Shown here: piece by piece, positions 37,405 to 49,382 of the stretch
How the letters are laid out: each line of letters starts with the position of its first letter
How positions within the stretch are numbered: the first letter of the stretch is position 1
Assembly (NCBI RefSeq): GCF_009834535.1
Contig: NC_045696.1
Span: 114,392,001 to 114,456,000 of the forward strand
Direction of reading: 5' to 3'
Length of the DNA stretch: 64,000 nucleotides
DNA from: Camelus ferus
Taxonomy: Eukaryota
Notes under the pieces: generated by a model
Told to the model about the DNA's origin: nothing
What the model saw: only the letters and a program-made list of their open reading frames with translations
The model's database searches: none
Position numbers and translations under genes: made by a program

Positions 37405-37630
37405 GACATGGGAAGAACATGGGCTTTGGGCTTGACAGACCAGACTTAAATCCTTAGCGCTACTACATTACTAAATAGTGACTCTCTCAGAGTCTGTTTC
37501 CTACTTGTAAATGGGAATTTTTTTTTTTATAGAGTTGTCATGGGTATTAAATGAGATTGAGTAAATATAAGGCAGAACAGAGCAGTGCTTGATGACTAGG
37601 TGATGAATAAACAGTAGATATTATTTTTAT
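37405..37630 (+). mobile_element. MIR SINE
   Basis: ggaagaacatgggctttgg...cagacttaaatcc...ctctcagagtctgtttcctacttgtaaatggg...attaaatgaga. Confidence 0.78.
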
Positions 37631-37859
37631 TACAAACCGTGTTTTTCAATAGGTATGTGGGGTTACAGAACCTGTCCTCAAGGATCTTAGCTGGGGAAAC
37701 GACATAAACATAAATAACTGCAACACAGTAGGACAACTGCAAGGGACAGGTAACTCAATCGCAAGAAGGAGATCTCCTCCAAAAATTATCAGGAAGAATT
37801 CCTCCAAAAGCAGTGATGGGTTGTTCAGCAGACGTCTTCCGAATGCTAATTTTGGTTAA

Positions 37860-38390
37860 ATAAACAAAGCAGATGCAATCATGTTCTAGATGGCGGCTGT
37901 TGGAAATTCGCACCACGCCTGCCCTTCTAAGCTTTCTGCTTGAAATTCCCGCCGTGTGGAGCGTGTGGAGCGCTTTCTATGTTCCTCATTCTTTCAGCCC
38001 TTCCCAGAATTTTAAAAGCGCTCCTACTGAATTCCCTCCTGTCGGAGTGACTTTTATTTCCCTGACTGACGCGTTGTGGTTTCGGAGAGTGAAGCTTGGG
38101 GGAGTCCAACTTCAGTGTTCCACAGTCAGACCCAGGTTGTCCAGGATAAGTCTCCCACTTTCAGAAATCTTCACCCAGGATTTCAGAGTGCTGTGGGTCA
38201 CGGCTTCTGAAAAGTGCTATGTTGTGCTAGCAAGACATAATTTTTATCACATTTTTTTTTTTTAAACTCACCCAGTATCCTTGAGTCAGTTTCCTACGCT
38301 CAAACCTAACGCTTCTACAAACTCTGTGCCTGGGCTGTGCTTACTTGGGGCCAGAATATTGGCCGTCCCCTAAATGGTAAGTATATATTT
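37860..38390. promoter_or_regulatory. Candidate enhancer/promoter: locally CpG-retaining unique DNA with clustered motifs
   Basis: AGATGGCGGC (YY1-like) 37888, GAAATTCCC (kB-like) ~37942, TTCCCAGAA (GAS) 38001-38009, TGTGGTT (RUNX) 38075-38081, TGAGTCA (AP-1) 38282-38288. Confidence 0.4.
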
Positions 38391-39999
38391 ACTGAGTATC
38401 ATTAATGTATTCAATAGAAAAACAGCAACTATTTATAGATGTACCAAGCAAAACCCAGCAGTGTTTCCAACCAGGGAACACAAGAACAGCTCTTCAGTTT
38501 TCCTGCCCACACGTAACATGAAATATGGTCATAATGAGCGATGATGAATCCACTGGACAACAATGGAGTTGGTTTTGACCTTGGTTTATGCAGCCCTCCG
38601 TGCTTGCGGCAATGACAGTGAATTTAATGGTCTCTCTTGAAAGAAGCAGTTCAATACAATAACTCCTGAAGTACCTGCTACCTGTTTATTATAGTCTCTT
38701 TATCCCTTGGGCACTTGGCCAGCACATTTAAACAGCCAAATTGAAGATTACCATTGTAATACTCGCTACTAACAATATGTGTTCCTTTTCAGGCAATGAT
38801 TAATAAACATAAGGAACCGCTAGCTGGGGAAAAAACTTATATAATCTCCATGGATTTTTCAAAAAGCATTTTCACAAGACTGGCAGATCAATCACATGGA
38901 ATTGATGGGGGAAAAAAGATCAAATCTAGATATGAATCACTGTATCAATCATGAAACATTTCATAGAAGCAGTAGGCATTAAGGAAAAAAATAACAAAGT
39001 CAAGTGGTAGCCCCTTTTGCCTTTTAAAATGAATGTGATAAAAGTTATTTATTTGGTGGAATAACATACAAATTTTCCTCCATGACTTAGATCCATGGGA
39101 TATGGCTTTGAGCAGTTGGTACAGACTTACTATAAGATAGTAGTGTAAAAAGTTAACCTTGACTTTAAATAGTTAAGACAAAATTCTTTTACACTTCACC
39201 CCAGAAATGCATACATCATCTAAATAGTTCCTAACGGATCTTAAAAATCTGTGCTGTTCAGGATATCACTACACTTAGTAATCTTCCAGAGGAGCAGGAG
39301 ACTTGGGAGGATGCTGACAACTCCAGAGGAAGGTGATTGGTGAATGTGGCGGGGAAGAGGTGGGTTTCCAATCCTAGGAGGCTTGTTGTCCATTAGGTCT
39401 TCAGACACATCTCCAAGACGCCCAGACCTAGATTTGAGGGTCTCTCAGTCCATGAACAGTTAATCAAAAGGACAACTCTTGAATACGATACACGCCTGAG
39501 GCTCATTCAGGCAGCAGATCCTCGTTAATGCCCTGCTATCAACCTACTCTAATATTCCTAGGTGTAAAGCCCGAAGTGCTCTGTAGCCTTTAGTCCATAT
39601 TTCTGCAAGGAAAACAAGTCTCAGATAAGGGGACACATATTTCCTTTTAATAAAGGCTAAAATGTGTTTTCTTCTGGCTATTGTTACACAAAGAGAAATT
39701 CTAGAAGCCAGTCACGGAAAGCATAAATTACTGACTACAGAAGAATTCACTAGTGAGTGTTCTCCACGGCAAGTCCAGATATGCCCTTTGCCTTTTGTTT
39801 TTTCTTTTAGCAAGTATCAGGGACACAGCCCATTCCACCTAATTATCATTTAAAAGAATTTGGCTTTTCCCTAAAGGTTGGATTGAAACGGAGACACAAG
39901 TAAGACTAGGTACATCCCCAATCTTCTTTTATTCCCAAGGGCATGCACTGCTTCCTGCTAATTGCTTTTGAGAGATGACCATGATCTAACTGCCAAGTT

Positions 40000-40097
40000 A
40001 CAAAGTAATGAGGAAAAGACTCCCCCAAGAATATTATGCTCAGCTAAGTTGATATTCTTACATAGAAGACATAGGGAGACATTTCAAAATGTGCATT
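40000..40097 (+). mobile_element. Ancient L1/HAL1 ORF1 C-terminal remnant
   Basis: PRILCSAKLIFLHRRHRETFQNV resembles the L1 ORF1p motif PRILYPAKLSF...IKTF. Confidence 0.55.
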
Positions 40098-40116
40098 CGG
40101 ATTCTGGAGGTCCCTT

Positions 40117-40154
40117 CACACACACACACAAACACACACACACACACGCACGCA
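40117..40154. repeat. (CA)n microsatellite
   Basis: Visible directly in the sequence. Confidence 0.9.
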
Positions 40155-40468
40155 CTAACGGAATAACTTCAAAGCAGACACAAGTGGAGAAGGTTAAACA
40201 AAGGCTTTGGTAGTGAGGACTGAAACCCACGTAAAAATGGATCTCTTTGTTACATCTTCCTCTTTCTAGTTGGAATGATTCTTATTCCACACACTTAGCT
40301 GGGCAAAAAAAATTACATTACTCAATTTTCTTAATTAATTAAATCTGACTGCAAGAAACTATGTTATCTGGATGGTGGGAAATTCAATATCCACTATTTT
40401 ATTTTATTTTTTGTTGCTTTGTTTAATTGTACAATATGAGCATGCTATGTGATGTGTTCTGCACGTCC

Positions 40469-41143
40469 TTTTTTAAAATTAAGATTATTTTTTAGAGCAT
40501 TTTTAGGTTCATAGTCAAATTAAGGGGAAAGTACAGAGATATATCCCCGGCCTCCACACAGGCACAGCCTCCTGATTATCCACGTCCCCCACCAGAGTGG
40601 TACAGTTGTCAGTTGTAACTGAGGAATCTACACTGACACATCATAATCACCCAAGGTCCATAGTTTATATTACAGTTCACTCTTGTGAACATTCTATAGG
40701 TTTGGACAAATGCATAATGACATGGATCTGTCATCAGAGTATCACAGAGTAGATGCCCTGCCCTAAAAATCCTCTGTGCTCTATTCATTCTGCCCTGCTC
40801 CCCAGTCCCAGGCAACCACTGATCGTTTACTGCCTCCATAGTTTTGCAAAGTTCATAGTTTTGGAAAAGTCCAGAATGCTGTATAGTTGAAGTCATACAG
40901 TACGTATTCTTTTCAGAATGGCTTCTTTTAGCAAAATATGCTTAAGTTTTCTTCCCCAGTTTTTAATGGCTTGATAGCTCATTTCTTTTAAGTGTGGAGT
41001 AATATTTCATTGTCTGAATGTACCATGGCTTATTTATCTATTCACTCACTGAAGGATATCTTGGTTGTTTCCAAGTTTCTTTTTTTTTTTTTTTTAAATG
41101 AGGGAAGCTGCCATAAACATCCACCAGCAGGTTTTTGTGTAGA
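40469..41143 (-). mobile_element. L1MC1-like 3' end
   Basis: tttagagcatttttaggttcatag...ccaccagagtggtaca...cactgacacatcataatcacccaaggtccatagttta...ctgccctaaaaatcctctgtgct...ccaggcaaccactgatc. Confidence 0.88.
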
Positions 41144-41811
41144 AGTGACTGACTTACTTTAATTTTGTCTCTTAGACATATGTCTCTAAGGCACAGACAC
41201 AGTGGAGGATTATGAGGTCATCAGAGGATTGGTCTCTCAGTTTAAATCCCTGGAGTTCTGGGATAATTCAAAATAACCCCAAATTCTCATTTGCAGAGTG
41301 AGCCATGATAAGGAGGTAGGGCAGTTTGATTGTAATCTCCCCTATAGACAATAGATCGTACAAGTTGGAATAATCATCCTAGTTGTGTTAAAAAACAAAC
41401 CCCAAACCTCAAGGTCTTGACCAAATAAAGCTTTGTTGTCACTCACATTGCAGTCCAATTTAGATCGAAGAGTCCATTATCCAGGCATTCAGGCATCTTT
41501 GCCCTCAAGAGCCAGATGAAGTTGGTGGGTTATACGTGAGAAGGATGGGGACCACCATCAGATTGTGCATCTGAAAAAAATGTCATTTGTTGAAATGTTT
41601 ACCTGTGAGGCAGCCAGATGGAACCGTGGAGGAGACAGCTACTAAGATCTCCATCCAACCAAAGCTCAGTTCCCAGGAAACCCAGGTCTGACACCAGCCT
41701 GCCCAGCTCACCCCAGTCCAAAACCGGGGGTGGTTCCATGAGCCATGTGGACGTGAGGACAGCCAGTTTCTCAGCTGCTTTCTCATGCTTTAGTTGGAGA
41801 GATGGCGAATG

Positions 41812-42001
41812 AGGGGGATATGACAGAGTGTGGTCCCTCGACCTGCAGCAATGCACCAACAGGGACCCTGTCAGAAATGCGAAGTCCAGGCTCCACCCCA
41901 GATCCACTGAGTCAGAAACTCTGGGGGAGGAGGGGCCCAGACTCTGTGTTCCAACAAGCCCCCGGGGTAGTTCTCAGGCAGTCAATGTTTGAAAAACACT
42001 G
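41812..42001. mobile_element. MER5A hAT-Charlie MITE
   Basis: agtgtggtccctcgacctgcagca...tgtcagaaatgcgaagtccaggctccaccccagatccactgagtcagaaactctgggg...tttgaaaaacactg. Confidence 0.85.
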
Positions 42002-42009
42002 TCCTAGAT

Positions 42010-42200
42010 AATCCACGAGGACGCTATCATGAGCGCCTTTGTGACTTCCGGTGTCCTTTCATTTACTCAAACACGACTCTGAGTGCGCCTGCGCACCAGC
42101 CCCTGCAGGGGTTTCCCCGGGCAGGTCAGTCCGCTGCTGTCTCCGCTCCTCAGTACACTCCAGGCACAATTTCCACAATCGTCCAGGGGAGACGCCTTGT
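42010..42200. promoter_or_regulatory. Candidate promoter: ETS + NRF1 + NF-kB motif cluster
   Basis: ACTTCCGGT 42044-42052, TGCGCCTGCGCA 42084-42095, GGGGTTTCCCC 42108-42118, with local CpG retention. Confidence 0.5.
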
Positions 42201-43789
42201 GGAATGCAACTCAGGTTTAATACTTGCGGACATTTAAAGCAGGTTAGGAAAATAAATCTGCTGCAAAACATGCATGGACTTCATATCTAATTAAAATGCA
42301 TTGAATCCTGCATTACTCGCTATTTATTTCTATTTCCGTCTTTACCAAGGTTCTCCCACATTTGCACGAGTCGTTAACGGTTGCCTGAGAATTAAATGTG
42401 TAGATTTCAGGTTCTATGAAAACAGAGAATGTCTCCTCTGCATGTTGCAAACTTGGCACATTTGTGTCAGTTCAGTCGGCATTGCCTGCGAAAAGAAAAA
42501 TCACCGGAGCAAAACTGACAATTCTGGTAAGCGTTCCCATTTCCCCCTCCAGCTCTGGTTGGCAAAATGACGATAAGCGTGTAACAGAGTGAGTTCTTGA
42601 GAAATGAATTAATTGGTGCCTCGTTTTCTAATGAACTTTTACTCTTCCTCGCAGAGAAGGCAGCCAAAGTGCTGTCTTCTTGATTGCTGGGCTTCTTTGG
42701 TACAAAGTTAGTTAGCAGTTTTTAGTATTTCTGGGGGAAAAAAGAAGTTGCCAATTTGGAGATATCCCCAAATCATGTTTCTGCAAACTGATTTTGCAGT
42801 GTGCTCTTTAGAGTACCTACTTCCCAAACACCAGAAGAACCTGTGTTTTCACAGTACTCTTAAGTTTGAGAACAACTGGTCTGAACCCACAGGGTTGGAG
42901 CATTTGAAAAAGTTGGTGCTTTGAGGGGAATGAGACCTGGTTTGACCACAGGGCAAAAGAGTGAGATTCCAGGGGGCTGAGAGGATGGAGGGTGGTTTCC
43001 AGGGGTGGTAGAGAGCAGTGATCTTTCAGGACTAAGTACCCTAGACCTTTTTGAATGATGACTCCTTAAATGACTGTGTTCTAACCACTTTGCCTAGGAT
43101 TTGGGACTTTTGGTAAAGGTGCCTGTGGCAAAGTTTGACACAAAGACTAGATGACTCCAGGCTGGTGTCTTTAAATGGACCAGCATGGCTTGGACAATGA
43201 CCAGTTTTCTGTAAGACAAGATGGGGTCATGACCAGGCCTCTTCCCTAATTGTCTGGTGTTGTGTGAGTCCTAAGGTTTTGGTACAACCCGAGGTGAGAG
43301 AGTAAACTATTGAAAGTGACTAACTTGAAAGTTCACACTCAGTTTTTGAGTATGGCCTCAAGCCTAGATTTGATTTGATTTAGAGGGGGGAAAAAAAGCA
43401 TTTCTTATTCTTTGTCTTAGAGGAATTCAAGAATTTGCTCAAAAATTTATTTTTAGTTTACTTCCTGGCATTCTTTCTGTCATAGCTGGCAAACTCATTT
43501 CATCCTGTTTTGTGGTTTCTGTCATCCCATTTCATACCTTAAATTTGCACTGCGTTTTCCTTGGTGAAACATTAAGTGCAGGTCTTTCTCTCTCTCCACA
43601 GCAATACAGCGTTGTACATACAGAGAGCCAAGCAAGGGAGCTGGGCAGGCTAATTTTAGAGTCCAGATTATGTAGATTGATCTTCTGACTTAGCAGACTT
43701 GATGCCTCACTGACATCCCTTATTTACATTCAGGTTTGACTTCTAAAGACCAGCATGTATATCTATGTTTTGTTTTTCGTTTTTCCTCG

Positions 43790-44114
43790 GGGCTTTCTCT
43801 GTCATTGGATTCTGCCTTCTCCATGCCCAGTGGCAAGATGGAAGTGTGTGAAATCAACCCTTCCTCCAGGACCAAAGGGAGTCAGTGTATAAGTACCCCT
43901 GCTCCCTCGCTCTGTAGGTGAGATGACTCCACTCTACACATTGGCTCCTGGAGCTGCCCAGTAGGGTTAAGTTCCAGTTAATTACACTGATAACGTACTT
44001 AGTAATGCAGACTTTATTGGTTTCTTTCCTAGTCCTCGTATCATCTCCCAAGTGAACCATTTGCCCTCAGATTCTTGTCTCAGGGTCTTCTCCTGGCAAC
44101 ACTGAAACTACGAA
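43790..44114 (+). mobile_element. ERVL LTR16-family LTR (3' part)
   Basis: gtcagtgtataagtacccctgctccctc...ctcccaagtgaaccatttgccctcagattcttgtctcagggtcttctcctggcaacactgaaacta. Confidence 0.72.
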
Positions 44115-47100
44115 ACTATGTCCCCTTCATTTTGGGTTATTTAACCATCTGGTCTCTTTGACTTATGCCCCAAATTTTAAACATGAAGAAAGGGCTTCCA
44201 TCCTCACCCCTCTTGTGGGCATGAACATGAAATCTTACAGGAAGAATAAGTGTTAAGTAATTTGATCTGGTTCATTTTTCAATTTACTAATTTGCAGTTG
44301 AACATGGAAAACAAAAATTTTCTAATACAAAAATTGGATGCCTGATGAATACACAGAATCATATGAGGCAACATGGAAGATTTAGAAACTTGGACTTAGA
44401 AGTCCATGTCACCCACCAGGAAAAAGGAGATGCTTCAGGGGACATAAATGTGAATCCTGAGGGCTGTGAGACTCCAGTGTGGGCACAAAATGAAATAGTT
44501 CTTGTGGGCTGGCTGTAGTCGTGGGATGATTTCAGAACAAGTTAGCAGTTGAGGAGAGAGGACGAAAAGGCAGGAAGAATGGAGAAATGTAAACATGACA
44601 ATCAGAATTTGTGTTAACAGATGTCAGTCCACGGGACTGAAATTGATATAAAACAATTTCCTTAAAAAAAGTCATGTTTTTGTGTTTAGCCAAATCAGAA
44701 AGTTAGTGCCACTCAAACCCTGAAAATCTGGCAGAAGGTAAATTTGCACTGTTTCATTTCTGTGTCTGAGACTTAAAACAATGCCAGGGTATTCAGGTGG
44801 GATTAATGCTAACATTGGCTAAAAGAACAGAGTTAGATGTGGTGGTTGATTCAAAATTCTAAGCATTCATCGTTTTTTCTTTAGAGAAGAACAACTGGGG
44901 AGCAAGCAGAACAAATACCTCTCCCTTCTTTGTTTCACTAAATTAATCCTCTTTGGGAAGAGCAAGGTGGCTCCCTGACTTAATGGGATGCAGTCTGTTT
45001 CCCATCGGTGCCCCTGGCTGAGAGCACGTCTGCTCAACAATGACCAAAACTCACTCTGTTGACTGATTTTACTAATTGAAGAACTTATCTGCCTCTCTAG
45101 ATGCTCGGGCTGAAGGATAAACTGGTAATTTGTGTTCTGATCACAAAAATAGTTTCCAATTAAAGGTTGAGTGGCACCTTTTCATTTTTTTTTTTTCTCT
45201 TTTCAAGCTTTGCCATTTTTCCAGGAACCACTGAGTTGATCTGAGTTCAGGCATGACTCCCTGATGCAAATGCAAACAAAGTAATTGGGACATCGTAGTC
45301 CTTGAGACCTAGGGGTTTTGAAATTAGCACTAACATACTTGGCTCCTTGGTTTAGAAGGGAAAAAAAATCTAGTCTCTTAGTTTTGGATTTGTCATAGGC
45401 TTATTGTGAAATGTCTTATTCCCATCCCCTCTTCTTGAGTCTGATTCTAAATTCATATGTAAAGAGTATCAAAAATCTAAAGTCATCTAGGAACTTACCT
45501 TCTTGTTTGTAATTTAATATGCCTTCTCAGGATCAAAGTGCCATCTGTAAATAACTGTTTAGGAAGCTGTCTTTTTAGAGAAGAATAAATCTTATTTTAA
45601 AAGCCTCCCAGAGAATTAAATTCATTCTAGAAGAATAAATCTTTGCTTAACCACCACTGTGTTCGGTAAATTTTCTCATCTTACTCCCCATCCTGCAGAG
45701 AGTGGGAGAAGAAAGATAGAAGACAAACCAGGGCTCCAGAGGGCAGCTCTGGGTTAATTCCAAGGGTGGGGGTTAGGTGGTGGCGGAGAGGGCTTGGTGG
45801 GCGTGACCAGAGTAATGCTGGTTATTGACATTGAAGTTCAAGATGGCCAAAATTCAGACTCAAACTTCCTATATGCCAAGTTCTAAATGTCAACTTTCAA
45901 CAGACTCCAAATGGATCCAGAAGCCAGTGTGACAGTTCTAGGGTAAGGTTAGGAGAGGAGGAAGCAGATACAAGCAATTGATATGTGTCACAGGTCTGGC
46001 CCAGCTTTTGCTGCAGAAAAGTCAAATAGTGGGGCCATGTTGAAGGGATGGAAATCTGAAAACAATTCCAGTCCCCAGAGCATAGTGGATACTAGGAACG
46101 AATTTCCTTTTATGTAGCAGCTCTGTCCACTTCTATGATGGATCCTGAGTAATATAAATACCCCTCTTACCCTTTTCGGGAATGGACTTTCTCTCTGAGT
46201 CCATTGCTGCAAGGCTGACCTTAGCTACCAGCCTCTTTGTAAGATGGACTCAGCTGTTGATACCTGCCTCATCCGAGTTCATGCTCCGTTTTCAGAGTGG
46301 TCCCCCTTCAGTGACTGATGGATATGGGGTAAAAGGATTTTAAGTTTAGTCCTTGTTTAATAAGCATTCCGCTTTCTGAAATTATCAGAGCAGTTGATAT
46401 TTTGTTATAAAAATTATACGTTTTATTTTTAATCCACCTGGAATTGATTTTTTTACAGTCTGAGTTAAGGTTAATTTATTTTTATCCCCCATTCGATAGC
46501 CAGTTGTTCCAGTCCTATTCACTGTCTCATTGAGGGGCAAGGCCACCTCCATTGTATATGATGTCCACACATGTGAGTTTGTTTGGGGGTTTTGAGGATT
46601 TTTTCCCGCTGACCTGCTGTGTCTGTTTCTATTCCAATATCCCACTGCCTTAATTACTATAGCTTTGTAATAAGTCTTGAAGCATGGTAAGTCAGTGGCC
46701 CCTCTTTCTCTTTCTTCAGTGGTTTCTTGACTATTTTAAGTCTTTGGACTTACAAATAAAGTTTAGAATGAACTTGTCAAGTTCCATTAAAAATCTTATC
46801 GGGCTTTGATAGGACTTAATTTAGCTTCTGCAATAAAGCTGGAGAGATTCCATAACTTTACAATGTTGTCTTTCTGTTTATTGACACAATATGTCTCTTC
46901 AGTTATTTAAATCTTCTGTAATGTATTTTAATTAGCTTTATAATTTTCTCCTTAAAGATCTTGTATATTTGCTGGATTTATTCTTATGTTACTTATATTT
47001 TTTGAGCTTATGTTTATTATCATATTCTTTTTGTTTGCTACTGATGTCTAGAATAACACTGATTATTGATTTTATATTTAGTTACCTTGCTGAGCTCACT

Positions 47101-47646
47101 AATTAATTTTCATAGTATGCCTGCTGTTTCTTGGGGTTTGTTTTTTTTTAATAGACAAGAGTGTTATCTGTGAACATGATCAGCTTTTCCTTTCAATTCT
47201 TATATCTTTTATTTATCTTTCTTATTCTCTTGTGTGAGATAAAAATTCCAGTGCAGTGTTTAATAAGAGTGGTGATAATGTGCACTCTTATTTTGTTCCT
47301 GATTTTAAAGGAGATGCTTTGAATATTTTTTCCATTAAGTATTTGTAAGGATTTTTTTTTCTGTATGTTGTTTAAAATGCTAAGAAAATACTCTTCTATT
47401 TATAAATCAATAGAAGATTACAGCTTTCACAAATGTTGGATTTTGTCAAAGTCTCTTTCAATGGTTATTTAAATAATTGTTTGGTTTTATTCTTTTATTG
47501 GTTAACACAATAAATTATATTAATAAATTTATCTGATGTTAGAACAGCTTTGAATTCCTGGAATAAGCCTAATTTGGTCATGATTGGTTGCCTTTTTGTA
47601 AGCATTGCTGCTAAAATTTAGCTTAGGGTTTTCATATGTGTGCTTT

Positions 47647-48174
47647 GAAACCACCCTGCAGGCACAGCATGGACTCTCACCAGAATCTGGTTCAGCAGCG
47701 AAGACTGGAGATGGCCTGGTGGTCAGTCGGGAGTGAATTGTAACAAGGTATCTGACTCTATCTTTTCATGTTTGGTGTCTGACTTGTGACAGCATTTAAG
47801 ACTCATCCCTCCCTGCTTCCCTCTGTTCTGCATCTGGGTAAACTGATAAAAAAAAAAAAAAAGCCTGGTGCTTCTCCTTCCTCCAGAGCAGCTAGGAGAT
47901 TAGACCACACAAGCCTTTGCCCCTGCATGAGAACTGTCACTCCAGCCCCACTCCCTAGCCACAGTGAAACCCCAAGCCAGTCTCCTTTCCTTATTCCCTC
48001 AATTCATTTTTGGAGCAGCTTGGGAAGCCTGACTTGCTGTCTCCCAAAAACCTCATTATATGAGTAATTAATCATTTCATACCCCTTGGTGAGTGGGGGC
48101 ATCATCAATCTTCACATTCAAAACAAATTTTGAATAGGGGGTCCATCCTGACTCTCTGGTTTGGCCATAAAACA
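47647..48174 (+). mobile_element. ERVL LTR (MER73/MER74-like, 47739-48174) with ~90 bp of upstream internal sequence
   Basis: TGTAACAAGGTATCTGACTCTATCTTT...catctgggtaaactgataa...cataaaaCA; preceded by PPT-like gggagtgaat. Confidence 0.7.
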
Positions 48175-48512
48175 ATGTGCTAATAAATGAGATGGGGCTG
48201 CAATTTTACTTTTGCAATCTTTTCCTGGTTTGAGTATGAGTTATACTGGATTTAGTAAATGAGCTGAAAATGAAAAAAATCCTTCTAGGGAAAAGTTTAG
48301 GTAAAATTAGACCTACCTGTTCCCCAATTTTTGCTGGCACTCATCTGTAAAACCTGGATAAGAATATTTTATGGGTATTTTTTAAAACTATGGATTTAAT
48401 TTCTTTAAGGATTTTAAGGGAATTAAGGTTTTCTTTCTTTTTTTTTTTTTTTCAATCCAAGAAAATGAGGGGAAAAAATCCAAATTCCTGGTTTGGTAGT
48501 GGTGTATTGAGT

Positions 48513-48603
48513 AGAGACAGAAGGGGAAAGGGATCTCTTTGGGGTCTCTTTATGAAGGCACTAACCCCATTCATGAGGTCTCCACCCACATGATCTAATC
48601 ACC
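48513..48603 (-). mobile_element. MLT1A-like fragment
   Basis: ctctttggggtctctttatgaaggcactaaccccattcatgaggtctccacccacatgatctaatcacc. Confidence 0.75.
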
Positions 48604-49382
48604 ATTCACAAGCTTTTTTAACTTTTTTCAAAGATGTTTTGTAATTTTCGACATACAAGTCTTACACATCTTGTGTTAAATTTATCCCTGCATAATTTAT
48701 TTTTGACACTATTATAAATAAATGGCTTTTTAAATTTCATTTTTGGATTGTTCACAGCTAGTATATAGAAATATAAATGATTTATGTATATTAATGTTGC
48801 ATCCTGCAACTTTGCTGTTGAATGAGTTCCTTATGATTTTCTATGTATAAGATCATGTTATCTGAAAATGAGAGTTTTTGCTTCTTTTAAAACATAGATG
48901 CCTTTTCTGTCTTTTTTGGAAAGTTATTAATTTTTTATTTAATTTTGTTAATAGTTCTAGGCCTATTCAGATTATTTATCCTTATATTTTGGTCACATGT
49001 GTCTTTTAAGGAACTGGTAACTTTAAGTTACCAAATCTTGTGGCAATAGAATTATTCATGATATCCCTTTATTGCCTTTTTAATATTCATGGAATTGATA
49101 GTGATGACCTTTCTTTAATTTAATTTTTTCCTGTGTATATATCTCTCTTTATTCTTGGTTTCTTCTGGATGTCTTCTCTATTTCATGGTTGGCTTGGCTA
49201 CAGGCTACTAAATTTTATTAATTTTAAGAAACCAGCTTTTGATTTTGTTGATTTTCTCTATTGGTTTCAACTTCATTATTTTCTGCTTAATTCTAGTTAA
49301 GTCTTTATCTTTTTCTTGTTAAGGCTTAATTGAGCATTTTATGTGATGTTATTTGCCCTCCTCCTTTAGCATGTCAATTATA

